64,000 nucleotides of DNA from Octopus vulgaris (taxonomy: Eukaryota). Made by a program: the position numbers and the translations under genes. Location of the stretch: contig OX597830.1 of NCBI GenBank assembly GCA_951406725.2, positions 29,884,001 to 29,948,000 of the forward strand, written 5' to 3'. Within the stretch, counting starts at the first letter, position 1; the number at the start of each line of letters is the position of its first letter. Under the pieces are notes generated by a model, which was given only the letters and a program-made list of their open reading frames with translations, searched no databases and was not told where the DNA came from. Below are positions 12,560 through 24,780 of the stretch, one piece after another.

Positions 12560-12928
12560 TTTGTGCAGGAAAAACAATCATTTTATCAAGACAGTAAGGC
12601 TTGAACCATTTGCTTTGAGATCAATACGAGACAGCAGATAGAAAATTAAGTCAAGTTTCTATGTTAACTACTTGGACGTTTTTCATATTGTTTAAAATAG
12701 GACCGCCATTGTGTTTATAGATACAGGATCATAACCCTGGAGGATTTGTGCAGGAAAAAAATCATTTTGTCAAGTCAGTAAGGCTTGAATCATTTGCCCC
12801 GAGAACAATGCGAGACAGTAGACAGAAAATTAATCAAGTGCTCAAGAAATTTCTATGTTAACTACTTGGACGTTTCTCATATTGTTTAAAATGGGACCGC
12901 CATTGTGTTTATAGATACAGGATCATAA
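12560..12928 (+). repeat. diverged tandem duplication of about 175 bp (12560-12734 and 12745-12928)
   Basis: both units run tttgtgcaggaaaaa...gtaaggcttgaa...ttctatgttaactacttggacgttt...ggaccgccattgtgtttatagatacaggatcataa. Confidence 0.9.
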
Positions 12929-13734
12929 TCGGCGCATTTGCTAATTAGAAGGATGGTAGATTGTTAAACAAGAAATGCGTGTGACGAATGACAAGACGAA
13001 AACAAAATCAGTGAAATTTCTAGTTTATTCAAAGTTAAAACTTCTTTTCTGGCTAGTTTTAAAATTTTAAGATGAGCTTGAATTTGAATATAAAATTGAG
13101 TGGCCAAGCTGTAGTGCTGCAAGACAACTGGAAAAATTGCTTGCCCGCAGATGAGAGGTGGTTATGCAGCAGACAATGATCAAACTACACTTTTCTAGCA
13201 CTTGTGATTCAAAAACAAATAGCTTTGTCACTCTCTGTATCACACTGATTCCATCTGGGAATTATCTTGAAGGTGCAATTGTCTGTGGAATACTCGGCCA
13301 TTTACACGTATTTCAGTTGACCAAACATCTGAATTTTTATCATCGAACGACGGACATCTACTACCGTCAATATCTGTTTGTTGTACGTATATATATATAT
13401 ATAAAGAAACGGGCATATAATTATGCACATAAACGGTGGTTAACGCTTACGTATGAGAACGTTTCAGAAAAATTAAGCTTCAGATTAGATCTGATGAAAT
13501 TGTAAGTTCATTCATCAAGGTTAATGTCTACTCAGTAATAGACAGCTGTTTCATGGGAATGAGCGAGGGATGGAAAGAGATAACTAATGGAGAGTGAGCG
13601 AGAGAGAGAGAAAGAGAGAGAGAGAGAGACGTTAAGAGGGATATAGTGAGAGAAATAGAGAGTGGTAGTGAGTGGAAGAAACGGATAGAAATGAAGTGGT
13701 AAGAGAAATAGGGAAAAGGAGAAGGCAGAGAGAG

Positions 13735-13765
<31 letters not shown>

Positions 13766-14079
13766 TGGGAGAGAGAAGAGAGAGTCAGACTATAGTTGTG
13801 GGTGAGAGAGAAACGGAAAAGAAAGAGACAGATAAACAAGTAGGAATTATTTCGCTCCTTATAATGTCGTTTCTTGTATAATACAATTGGTTTAGATTGG
13901 ATATTTATGTCTTTATGAGTACGAACATGTATGGTAGACAAAAGGGTGATTCAGGGAGACAAAAGAGATAAAAAGAGAAACAGGTGGAGGAGGGATATGT
14001 ATAATATATGTGTGAGTGTATAAATATATATTTATACAATTATCAAAGTATACGCTCATACACACATAGTCACACACAT

Positions 14080-14131
<52 letters not shown>

Positions 14132-14636
14132 TTATTTACTTATATATATGTATATATCCTTATACACATAAACACATACATATGCATATATATGTATGTA
14201 TGTATACACTAATACACGTATGAAGTAAAATATACGGCAAAGAGAGAGAGAGAGGAAAAGACAGTGAGAGACCTGCGGGCAAGTAGGGGCGGGTCAATGA
14301 TTCATAACATCTATCTTGTATATTATTAATATGGTGGGTATGTTTAGGTATATCCAGTTCTTGTGTATATAAAACATACCCATGTATCTGAGTGTTTGGG
14401 AAAATGAAAGGGTGAAAGAGAGAGAGAGAGAGAGAGGGAGAGAAAGAAAGACTGAGACAGGGAGAGTGATGCAAGAAGAATACCGATATAAAGTGATGAA
14501 ACAAGGGATAAATATATATAGAGAAGAGATTTGTTAACTCTTCCAATACCTAAGATTTGTTATTCCATTTCCCTAGCACAGATTTTTACATGTTTTTATG
14601 TATTTGCATTCTTGAGACTGCGAGATCTATGAAATA

Positions 14637-14694
<58 letters not shown>

Positions 14695-14979
14695 GATATA
14701 TATATATATATATGTATATGTGAGTGTAGATAGATAGATACATACATACATACATACGTACATACATACATACATACTTACATACGTACATACATACTTA
14801 CATACGTACATACATACATACATACATACATATATGCATATACAGAGAGACAGACAGACAGACATGCATATTTAGATATGGGGACACTACGGTTAATGAG
14901 TAAACTATTTGAAAGTCAAGAGATTGAATGTATGCATACACAGACATGTATACATACACACACACGCACACACCTATAC

Positions 14980-15013
<34 letters not shown>

Positions 15014-15170
15014 TGAGAGAGAGAGAGATACATATATGTACATACATATACATATATATGTATATACATAGAGATGTACAAATATTAACACATACACCTA
15101 TGTACATATCACTATATACAACTATTTTATATATATGTGTATATATAAGTATATATATATATATACATAC

Positions 15171-15206
<36 letters not shown>

Positions 15207-16325
15207 ATGAATGTATAGACATATATATACATATATATATACGTATATATATATATATGCATATACATATATATATATATATAATATACGTATATATATA
15301 TATGCATATACATATATATATATATATACATATGTATGTACGTATCTGTGTATAATTTATGTGTGTGTGTGTGTGTGTATGTATATATACTTAATTTTTA
15401 TGATAAATAACGGCTAGGTAGAGACATAGAGATGAAAGGTTTCAAAAGAGATGGAAGATGAGGGAAGGGATGTTGACTCAGACGATTACGATATTTTGCT
15501 ACTCAATTTGTCTCCACATGTTCAACGTATTCAAGTTTTTAATAACCACTTTTATGCTACAAGTTTACAACTAGCTTCTAACAAATTTTTTTCAGCAATT
15601 TTTGTTTCCTTTTTGTTTTTCCATGTACGTTTTGCTAAGGGTTTTTTTTTTATACATATATATTTTTTGTTTGTTTGTCTTTAATATTTCTAATTTTTAA
15701 TTTGTGTTTTATATATTTCGTTATTTATTTTCACGATATTTATTTTTTTTTCATTTATTTATTCATTTATTTTTCCAGGCGCACATTCACTGCACGCTGC
15801 ACTCTATGGTTAAAATCATAAGTGCACATTTAAATGCATTGACTCAATTTTCTCTTTAGAAAGAGAACGTTATTAGTGTCACAGACACTTTGAAGAGAGA
15901 TATTTCATTTTTTATTGGTTTTTGTATTCTATCCTTTTTTTTTTTTTCTAGATATAAAAAATTATTTACTTTTCTAATTTTTCCTTATTTTTCATATATT
16001 CTTTTGTAAATTTAGATATTTTGGAGTTATTTTTACGTTTATTAAATATTTTACACTCTGAGCTTCATATTTTTTGTTATATATGTATTTTTTGTTTTCC
16101 GTAAATTTTATAGCGTTTTAAAAGAGTTATCACAATATGTGAACGCGTCTATATATGTGTATGGATCGCAAGAGAGATCAACAGAGATCAAGAGAGTGTG
16201 AGGGGAAGGGAGAAGACAGAAAACCGTAAAGCTATATATTACCAGATAGGTATGTGAATAGCTAAACATGCCTCCCCCCCCCACACACACACATACACAT
16301 ATATACATACATATATATACATACA

Positions 16326-16376
<51 letters not shown>

Positions 16377-17139
16377 TCATACACCTACACATATGCACAC
16401 ATATATATATATTCGCTTGTTTACGTGACGTTTGTGCGTAATGGTCGGCGTGAGTTTGATGGAAAGTCTTTCTTGTGGTACCGTATGCGAATGACACTCG
16501 GAATGTCTTTTGGATAGCCTTCAAGAATTTGCCGTTTTCCAGTTGACGGATAAATTATGTTGCGCATCCTTTCCAACTCTCTACACGCTGAGTTCAAAAC
16601 GCTGTTTGCAGACTTTACTTTGTCTTCTTTCGAGTGAATAAACTTGCTCCAAGCCCAGAGGGATAAATGGTTAAATTGTTAAAGCGTAACAAGAAATGGC
16701 TTACAAAATCTGCACTCCGGTTTTGCATTCTAACGGCAGCTGGTGCGGCGATACACATACCAAATCCTATTGCATTTCACCTTTCATCTCATCAACATCG
16801 GCGTCAAAATATGTAGAATAGTTTAATGGTCAACTAGTGGTTTCCAATACGTCAATGTATACCTGTCATAACTATTAGGCAGATTGAAATTAAAAGTTAA
16901 TAGTTTTTATTTAACCTCGTGTTTAGCTTCTAATTTATAAACAAAAACCTCAACGCCTCTTAGAGAAAGAACAACAATCTTGGTTAGAATACTATCTGCA
17001 AGGCTTCTACGTAATGTCTACGTAATACAAACAATGCTTCCAGAATTTAGAAATTCCCATTTGGAATACCATTTCCTGTTGAGCACTTACTATATCCAGA
17101 TAGAACTTATAAAATGATTTTGAAATTTTTGCACAAGTT

Positions 17140-17330
17140 CAACGTTTCGGGAGAGCGGGTGAGACGGTTACACCAAGCTGAGAACTCAACTAGTACTTAT
17201 TTTATCGACCCCCGCTAGAATGAAAATACCTGGGCGGAATTTGAATTCAGGAGATAAAAGCAGACGGGGATGAAATGCTGCGGAACATTTTGCTTGGTAT
17301 GGTAACGACTCTGCCAGCTCACTGCCTTAC
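17140..17330 (-). mobile_element. SINE family C, diverged
   Basis: tagtacttattttatcgacccc...ggcggaatttgaa...taacgactctgccagctcactgcc. Confidence 0.7.
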
Positions 17331-17832
17331 ATTACCTATATAACAAGACGAAAATACTAAGAGGAAGTACCACGCGATTATGAGGGTGTCAAACTTCTCT
17401 GTCATAGAAAGTTTTGCCATATGACATAGAATTTCCCAGTTCGTACTCGAAGAAAATCAACTCCAAATATCCACAACACAGAACGCATTAACATCATATA
17501 AAACGCACTATCATTCTCACTCAACTCCGATATAAAAGATATATACGCCCTTATACATACATTTAAACACAACTTCAACCACAATACTTTCACTAACCAG
17601 CTCGTTGTCATCAAGTTCAACTTGATCCTAGTCCGTTATGGTTACCAGAAGAATATGCTGGCACACTAATATACACTGAACAGAAGCGAGAGAGAACAAT
17701 GTCTCCACGATTACTCTACTTCCTATATGACTTATTAGTGCTTGTAAGAGTGTGCAGTGTAACCCATGCTTGCATCGAGAGGTTTCCGTGAATGGAAAAA
17801 CACCTCTGTTGCTCCTAGGCATTTGGTTTATG

Positions 17833-17884
<52 letters not shown>

Positions 17885-18146
17885 ATAGGACTGCTCGCTC
17901 AGAGTTGAGCTGAGAATACACACCATCAAAACAGTAATAAGAGCCAAATTTCACCTACCAACATCGAGGCTTGCATTGACATTAAATTCACCACCAGGCA
18001 GAATAAACATTCTTCAATACGTTAAATCGGACGGTCAAACAGTTAAAGCACTTCTTAGCATCATAAAAATAGGAAACTTTGGAAAATAATAGTCCAAGAA
18101 ATAGAAATTTAAACCATGGCAATCAGATATATGGATACATATATGC

Positions 18147-18200
<54 letters not shown>

Positions 18201-18218
18201 CATATATACATATATTTG

Positions 18219-18263
<45 letters not shown>

Positions 18264-18289
18264 TTGTATGTATGTATATATATATACAA

Positions 18290-18330
<41 letters not shown>

Positions 18331-18351
18331 CATATATGTATGAATGTATAA

Positions 18352-19750
18352 ACAAAAGACGAAGATGGGTGTGTAAACAACAAACATATGTATTAGTTTA
18401 ACGTTCGAGAAGTGAGAAACTCTTTTACATTTCAAGCCTACGCTCTTCAACAGAAAGGAACATAGAAATAAACAGGTAAAGAAAATAAAAAACGGTTTAG
18501 TGGCTAGCGTTCTATCTTGGCGAATGACGGACAAATGGGTCTCACAGGAGAGCAAAGAAGAAGGGGAGATTATAAAGTAGTGTTGATCCGAAAACAAAGG
18601 TGCGCGTGCCTTTGTTTGTGAGAGCATGTATGTACGTGTAGAAGGGGGCTGGTGACCTTGACGTGTGCGTGTGTGCATGTATAGGTGTGTGGATGGTTGT
18701 GTGGGTGCTGGCATGTAGTAATGTGTGCGGGGTGGTGTCATGTGGTATGGTGTGCTTTGGTGGTGTGTGGTGTCGTGGTGCGGTGGTGTGTGGTATGGTT
18801 TGGTGGTGTTGGGGTGTGGGGAGGCGGGAGTGAGGGAAGCAAGGGTGGGTGTAAGGGATGGGGTGGGATGGGATGTATAGGGATGGTCAGGTTAGAATGT
18901 GTGGTGTGGGGTAACGAGTGAGGGGATAATGATCAAGTGAGAGGGTGGAAGGGAGAATGTTGGTAGGAGTGAAGAGAGGAAGTGGGTGTCACAGCAAGAG
19001 AGAAGAGGTGGGTGAGAGGAAGTAGGTGTGAGAGGAAGAAAGGAAAGAGGAGGAGGGTTAGATGAAGACGGAAGGAGTGTTGAGCCCTTATGGCGCAAAG
19101 GAGTGAAGGGAGAAGATTAATCCCCGTTCACGGCGAAGACGGGAGTCCGGATGGCTCCTGTGCAAGGACAATCCGAACACAGACAGGTGTTGTAAAGAAT
19201 GACTGGTAGAGCGGAAATTGCGCGAGACCGGGTGTCGTTGCCGAGTCTGATGTCTCGGAGGTATTCAGCGAAGCTCTCAGCCAAGTAGTGTTCCGTTTGA
19301 CCAAAATGCAGCAGATGATGTTGCTAGAAGTGAAGGTGAAGGAGTCAGTGATAAAATAGGGTCGATGATGGGTGCCTGTGAGAAGGGTGGTGTTGGAAAG
19401 GTAAGGACAAGTGCGGTAGCGTGGGCGGGACGAGAAGAACGAGCTGGGTTGGGAGGTTGAGTTAGGGAAGTACACGTGGAACAAGAGGTCTGTTAGGTTG
19501 TGGGCCCGTTTATTGGAGGGGAGGGGTCGGTTAAGGAAGATGTGCTATGTGGAGGAGTCGAACTGGAGTCGGCGAAAAACTCGGAGGATGATGCAGTGGA
19601 GAGGTAGAGTGGTTGGGTGGTAGGACAGTAGGGTGGTAGGGGAGTGGGTTGTTAGGTGAGGGGAAACGGGAGACGAGTGACGGTGGGGTGGGTGCGGGGG
19701 AGAGTGTAGATGCACGGTCCACGGAAGTGCTCTGGCAAGGGCGGTGTGGT
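18352..19750 (-). mobile_element. Penelope-like element (Neptune-like), decayed 3' half: linker, Cys motif, GIY-YIG endonuclease, purine-rich UTR and pLTR
   Basis: minus frames give SRPRYRTCPYLSNTT...ITDSFTFTSSNIICCI and LAESFAEYLRDIRLGND...HSLQHLSVFGL, both typical of PLE GIY-YIG regions; terminal hammerhead-like motif. Confidence 0.8.
18421..18460 (-). ncRNA. minimal hammerhead-like motif (CpG-decayed)
   Basis: minus strand TTCCTTT-CTGTTGA-A-GAGC-GTAG-GCTT-GAAA-TG-TA-AAAGA. Confidence 0.55.
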
Positions 19751-19946
19751 TAGTGTTGTTATACTGTAGTTCAATGTGTTGAGGAATATATTTATGTGTG
19801 TCTGATGTTTGAGTAAAATTATTGAGCTTTCGAGTACTTTCTCTGAGGTTATGTGACCTTGTTAACTCCATATATATGCTAATTACCGTAGAATATGTAT
19901 ATGTATATATATACTTTATTTAAAAGCAGCAGAAATTTAACAAAAG

Positions 19947-19984
19947 CTGTTACTCGGAGTTTCACGTTCCCGTTCGTCGGACAG
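19947..19984 (-). ncRNA. minimal type I hammerhead ribozyme (U4C variant)
   Basis: minus strand CTGT-CCGACGA-ACG-GGAA-CGT-GAAA-CTC-C-GAG-TA-ACAG; all three stems pair, GNRA loop II, GUA triplet. Confidence 0.75.
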
Positions 19985-19996
19985 TTCTGTTAAAAA

Positions 19997-20034
19997 CTGT
20001 CCGACAAACGGGAACGTGAAACTCCAAGTAACAG
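19997..20034 (+). ncRNA. mutated plus-strand copy of the same hammerhead
   Basis: CTGT-CCGACAA-ACG-GGAA-CGT-GAAA-CTC-C-AAG-TA-ACAG (G8A and one stem III change). Confidence 0.6.
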
Positions 20035-20335
20035 CTTTTGTTAAATTTCTGTTGCTTTTAAATAAAGCATATTACTCAACCTCTGGTATTTAAGTACTCT
20101 TTTTTCCACCTTGTTCCACATTTATGTGCTTACTCCGGTATATATATATATATATATACATAGAGATATATATATATATATATATATACATAGAGAGAGA
20201 GAGAGAGAGAGAGAGAAAAATAGTAAAAAGTGAAAAAACTACAGAAGGCTTGTTTTAAAAGGTTAAAAAATATATTTGAGTCATTATGTCAGAAGAATGT
20301 TATAAAATTTTTTCATACAGTAACATAGTTTTTGA

Positions 20336-20372
20336 AGAAATTACCGGTTTCGTGTTAACTTTTCAAATTTCT
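20336..20372 (-). ncRNA. minimal hammerhead with U3:A8 core (left-arm copy)
   Basis: exact reverse complement of 21334-21370. Confidence 0.7.
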
Positions 20373-20746
20373 CAAAACATCGTGTTATGTCTTCGTTATG
20401 AAGTGCAAAGAAGAGTTCCAGGTAGGGGGAGGTAATAAGCGATTTCTTCCGGTATAAGGGAGATAATCGCTTTATATTTATTTTCCCTTTTATTTAATGG
20501 GGTGAGTTTCTCTGTATAAGAATGCTAGAGTGGTTAAGTTTGGGCTTATATTTTTCAATGAAGAATGTTTCCTTGTTTAGTCTAATTTGTGTTGGTGTTG
20601 CAATAGCACATTGATAAAATGGAAAGATTAAAAATTGTGGTAGTAGTTGCTTTGCGCATTTCTCAATATGCTCACTAAAGGGTATCATTCTGTATTTTGG
20701 GAATGCAATCTGTTGTCGATGCAGGGTGCATCTACGTCTGAGTGAT

Positions 20747-21213
20747 GCAAAATTGTTTTCTGAAATTACGGATGCAAAAGTAAAAAAATGTGGTAGACCA
20801 AACTGCGCAACATGCCCAAACCTTGTAGAAGGATCAGAATTCCTCTTCAAAGAGGGACAAAATTCAAGATCAAATCTAATTTTACTTGCGCTTCTGAAAA
20901 CATAATTTATGTCATAAGATGCTCGGGCTGCCACCAAAACTACGTGGGGTCCACGGGACTATCACTCAGACGTAGATGCACCCTGAATCGACAACAGATT
21001 GCATTCCCAAAATACAGAATGATACCCTTTAGTGAGCACATTGAGAAATGCGCAAAGCAACTACTACCACAATTTTTAATCTTTCCATTTTATCAATGTG
21101 CTATTGGAGCACCAACACAAATTAGACTAAACAAGGAAACATTCTTCATTGAAAAATATAAGCCCAAACTTAACCACTCTAACATTCTTATACAGAGAAA
21201 CTCACCCCATTAA
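20747..21213 (+). pseudogene. PLE (Neptune-like) Cys motif plus GIY-YIG endonuclease C-terminus, one frameshift near 20860
   Basis: KKCGRPNCATCPNL...EGQ / KFKIKSNFTCASENIIYVIRCSGCHQNYVGSTGLSLRRR...RLNKETFFIEKYKPKLN. Confidence 0.9.
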
Positions 21214-21333
21214 ATAAACGGGAAAAGAAATATAAAGCGATTATCTCCCTTATACCGGAAGAAATCGCTTATTACCTCCCCTACCTGGAACTCTTTTTTG
21301 CACTTCATAACGAAGACATAACACGATGTTTTG

Positions 21334-21370
21334 AGAAATTTGAAAAGTTAACACGAAACCGGTAATTTCT
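21334..21370 (+). ncRNA. minimal type I hammerhead ribozyme with compensatory U3:A8 core
   Basis: AGAAAT-TTGAAAA-GT-TAAC-AC-GAAA-CCGG-TA-ATTTCT: 6-bp stem I, 2-bp stem II, palindromic ACCGGT stem III; lies in the PLE 3' UTR. Confidence 0.72.
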
Positions 21371-21530
21371 TCAAAAACTATGTCACTGTATGAAAAAATT
21401 TTATAACATTCTTCTGACATAATGACTCAAATATATTTTTTAACCTTTTAAAACAAGCCTTCTGTAGTTTTTTCACTTTTTACTATTTTCTATATATTCA
21501 ACCACGTGCTTTCACACACCAACTTTCTCA

Positions 21531-21676
<146 letters not shown>

Positions 21677-21764
21677 CAATCTAAGTAAGACCAAGAAAAG
21701 ACAAAAGCATGAGGACGTGGAACAAGCACTGTGTGTTATTGGGCGCTCAGAAAAGGAAAAAAAA

Positions 21765-21805
21765 GAGGACCTCACGTTTCGAGCGGAGCTCCTCATCAGA
21801 AATAT
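21765..21805 (-). ncRNA. hammerhead-like motif with canonical CUGAUGA core in a pLTR remnant (about 21690-21870)
   Basis: minus strand ATATTT-CTGATGA-G-GAGC-TCC-GCTC-GAAA-CG-TG-AGG; cleavage triplet mutated to GUG and stem I poor. Confidence 0.55.
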
Positions 21806-22350
21806 AATAAAAGTACAAAGAAGGGAAGTCGGAGATAAAAAATCGCCAACGATACACACACGGTACCATATTGAAACGACCGGACAGGAATGGGTGAAGA
21901 AAAAGTACTTTCTAAGACAGGAGAGTGCAAAAGAAGGAGGTATATGTATATGTATTGGTCTGTGTGTGTGTGTGTGTGATGATAGCCCGTGTATGTGCGG
22001 GTGTGTGTATGTTCTTATGGCTGTTTATGTATGTGTGTGGTTGGACCTTAAGGTCGTAGGACGAATTTATAGTAAGAATTTCTGTGGGAGTGGCTGTCTG
22101 CTGTATCTCTCCCTACATATGTGCGTAGGCGTTTAACTTGTAGTTTGAAGTATGTGTCTGTGCGTTTATGTATATGTTGTGTGTGTGTGTGTTTTGTGCA
22201 CATTGTGTGTCTGTGTGTATGTATGTATGTGTGTACGTGTGGGTAATTGTGTGCCTTCCATACTTTGTATATAGGGTGGAAAGTTTGTGGGTATATTTAG
22301 AGTTGAAATGTTGGTGGAAACCCGATGTCTTATTGACATCGCCTATAGAA

Positions 22351-22577
22351 TGCGGTGAGCTGGCAGAATCGTTAGCACGCCAGGCGAAATGCTTAGCGGT
22401 ATTTCGTCTGCCGTTACGTTCGGAGTTCAAATTATGCCGAGGTTGACTTTGTGTTTCATCCTTTCGGGGTCGATTAAGTACCAGTTACGCACTGGGGTCG
22501 ATATAATCGACTTAATCCCTTTGTCTGTCCTTGTTTGTCCCATCTATGTTTAGCCCCTTGGGGGCAATAAAGAAATA
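22351..22577 (+). mobile_element. SINE family C, near full length
   Basis: head gcggtgagctggcagaatcgttagcacg, B-box-like ggagttcaaatt, tail gccccttgggggcaataaagaaata; 21-bp direct repeats at 22316-22336 and 22578-22598 (2 mismatches). Confidence 0.9.
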
Positions 22578-23749
22578 GGAAACTCGATGTCCTATTGATT
22601 CGATGATCGGATTCTTACGCCTGGAAAGTTTTTGATCGTAAGTCAATGAATTCAGATTTGAGTTAAAGCTAAATAGCAGCAAAGCAAACTAACACATGAG
22701 TATCCTCAAAGATTAAACCAGCAACCACTATGGTTATTAAAACAACAAAAATATATAACAACACGAGAAACTGTGAATTGCATATGTTTATACTGTCTAA
22801 AGAGTATAACAACAACGAAACGATTTATGTAAAAGATTGTATCAATAACAATTACAGACACAACAACGGTAGGAATAACTGCAATAATATGAATATCAAT
22901 AACGATTCCATTAAATGCACGTTCTTGTATGTTCTTTACGAGTATGCGTGCATTATATATTTACACACACACAAACATACGCACACATATATATGCATAC
23001 ACAGACACATATATGTATGTATGTGTGTATCACATTACGCATATACATATATAGGTGTGTGCCCTGTAATTTCATTTATAAATCTTAGAGAATCCCATAC
23101 ATTTCTATCGTCTGATGTATTGCATGGAGCTAGATTAATCCAAATATGCACACGTACGCTGAATCTGTGTATGTATATACATATATATGTGTGTGTATGT
23201 ATGTATGTATGTATGTATGTATGTATGTATGTATGTATGTTTGTATACATGGATGTGTATGAACGAGTGAGAGAGAGAGCACATATATTTTATATACACA
23301 TTCAGCCGCCAACACACATACATACAAAGAGCTCTGCGTATACACGTTTCATTCATACACACATGAATACATGACTCCTCAGCGTGAATGACAATCCCTC
23401 CCTTTCCACAAAAGCATCAAAGCTTAAACCCTTTTCCCCCCCACGGGCTAGATAGCTCGTGTCCTAAAACAATGGCAAGAGATGGCGGGGTTGGGTGACA
23501 CCACCATCGCCACCGTTATAGGCACACGTGCATCATATACTGAGCCACACCCACACACACGCACACATTCACGCCCGCCTGTATGCACGCACGCATGCGC
23601 GCGCGCACATACACACACACAAACATGCACACGCGCACACACACGCACACACACATGCAGGTCAGCCCATATGGAGGCACAATACACATGATCTTATATA
23701 CATGAATGTATATGTGCACAAACATATACTTATCTTCATATTTATGAAT

Positions 23750-23776
23750 TATTATTATTGTTTTTTGTTATCATTA

Positions 23777-23825
<49 letters not shown>

Positions 23826-23860
23826 CAACATTATTATTATTATTATCATCATCATCATCA

Positions 23861-23898
<38 letters not shown>

Positions 23899-23950
23899 GT
23901 TGTTGTTGTTGTTATTATTATTATTATTATTATTATCATTATTATAATCA
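23750..23950. repeat. (ATT)n/(ATC)n/(GTT)n microsatellite
   Basis: direct reading. Confidence 0.95.
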
Positions 23951-24115
23951 TCTTGATTCTTAACTTGTGATTTAGCAAGTATTTATATCTCTGTGAGTTT
24001 TATATTCATACGAATTTCGAGGTTATTTTTTGCCTTTTCTTGAAACTTTTTTCAACAAAAAAGATTTTCAGGGAAAAGAAATGAGTTAAATGTTTTCGAA
24101 AGTACGTGTCTTTGC

Positions 24116-24207
<92 letters not shown>

Positions 24208-24780
24208 TTGTGTGTGTGTGTGGGTGACGGTGTATGTGTATGTGCTCATTCCTACGAATATGTGTAAATATGGATGAAAGTTAGAAAGAGAGGGACTGAG
24301 AGAGAGAGAGAGAGAAAGAAACAGAGTGTGTATATGTGCGTATGCGTCTGAAAAATGCGCTGAAATGTATCTACAGTGAAGACAGACCATTATGTGACTT
24401 TCAATTGCTGTGAAGACAAACATGTCTTGCGTATCTGTGCGTTTGAGTATATCTATGTGTTTATGGTTTCGTGTTTGTGTACAGCTTCTGTTTCTATGAA
24501 TATAGTAGCATTACGTTGCTTCAAATTTTATAGATGTTAATCATTTTTTAAATTAATTTCTGAGTAGAGTACGCTTCACTGAGGATGTCTAATAAAGCCA
24601 AAACATGTCCGCTACTTTCCTCAGCTAGCTTTATCCACACTCCGTTACCATTGGCGTACTCTACTTGCTCCAGAATTTCCAAAATATTTGACTCTATATA
24701 AGTAGTCTCCATTGATTGCTGCTTTTACATTTTAAACATGTTGCTTAAGATTTTTCATATAATGACATTTTACAACACAG

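Larger units (their letters stand above)
19914..20140. mobile_element. short non-autonomous foldback element with hammerhead-bearing inverted arms (19914-19986 and 19995-20067) plus a unique tail
   Basis: 73-bp arms are near-perfect reverse complements; flanked by (TA)-rich runs; second family member at 56641-56760. Confidence 0.8.
20217..21489 (+). mobile_element. young 5'-truncated Penelope-like element with an inverted 5' duplication (arms 20217-20746 and 20961-21489)
   Basis: about 530-bp arms differ at only a handful of positions; the plus strand encodes a GIY-YIG domain; inverted pLTR architecture is typical of PLEs. Confidence 0.92.

Noticed and set aside
15790-15845. Small hairpin tgcactctatg/cataagtgca as a possible pre-miRNA
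   Set aside because: Only about 10 bp pair, and I recognise no mature miRNA match
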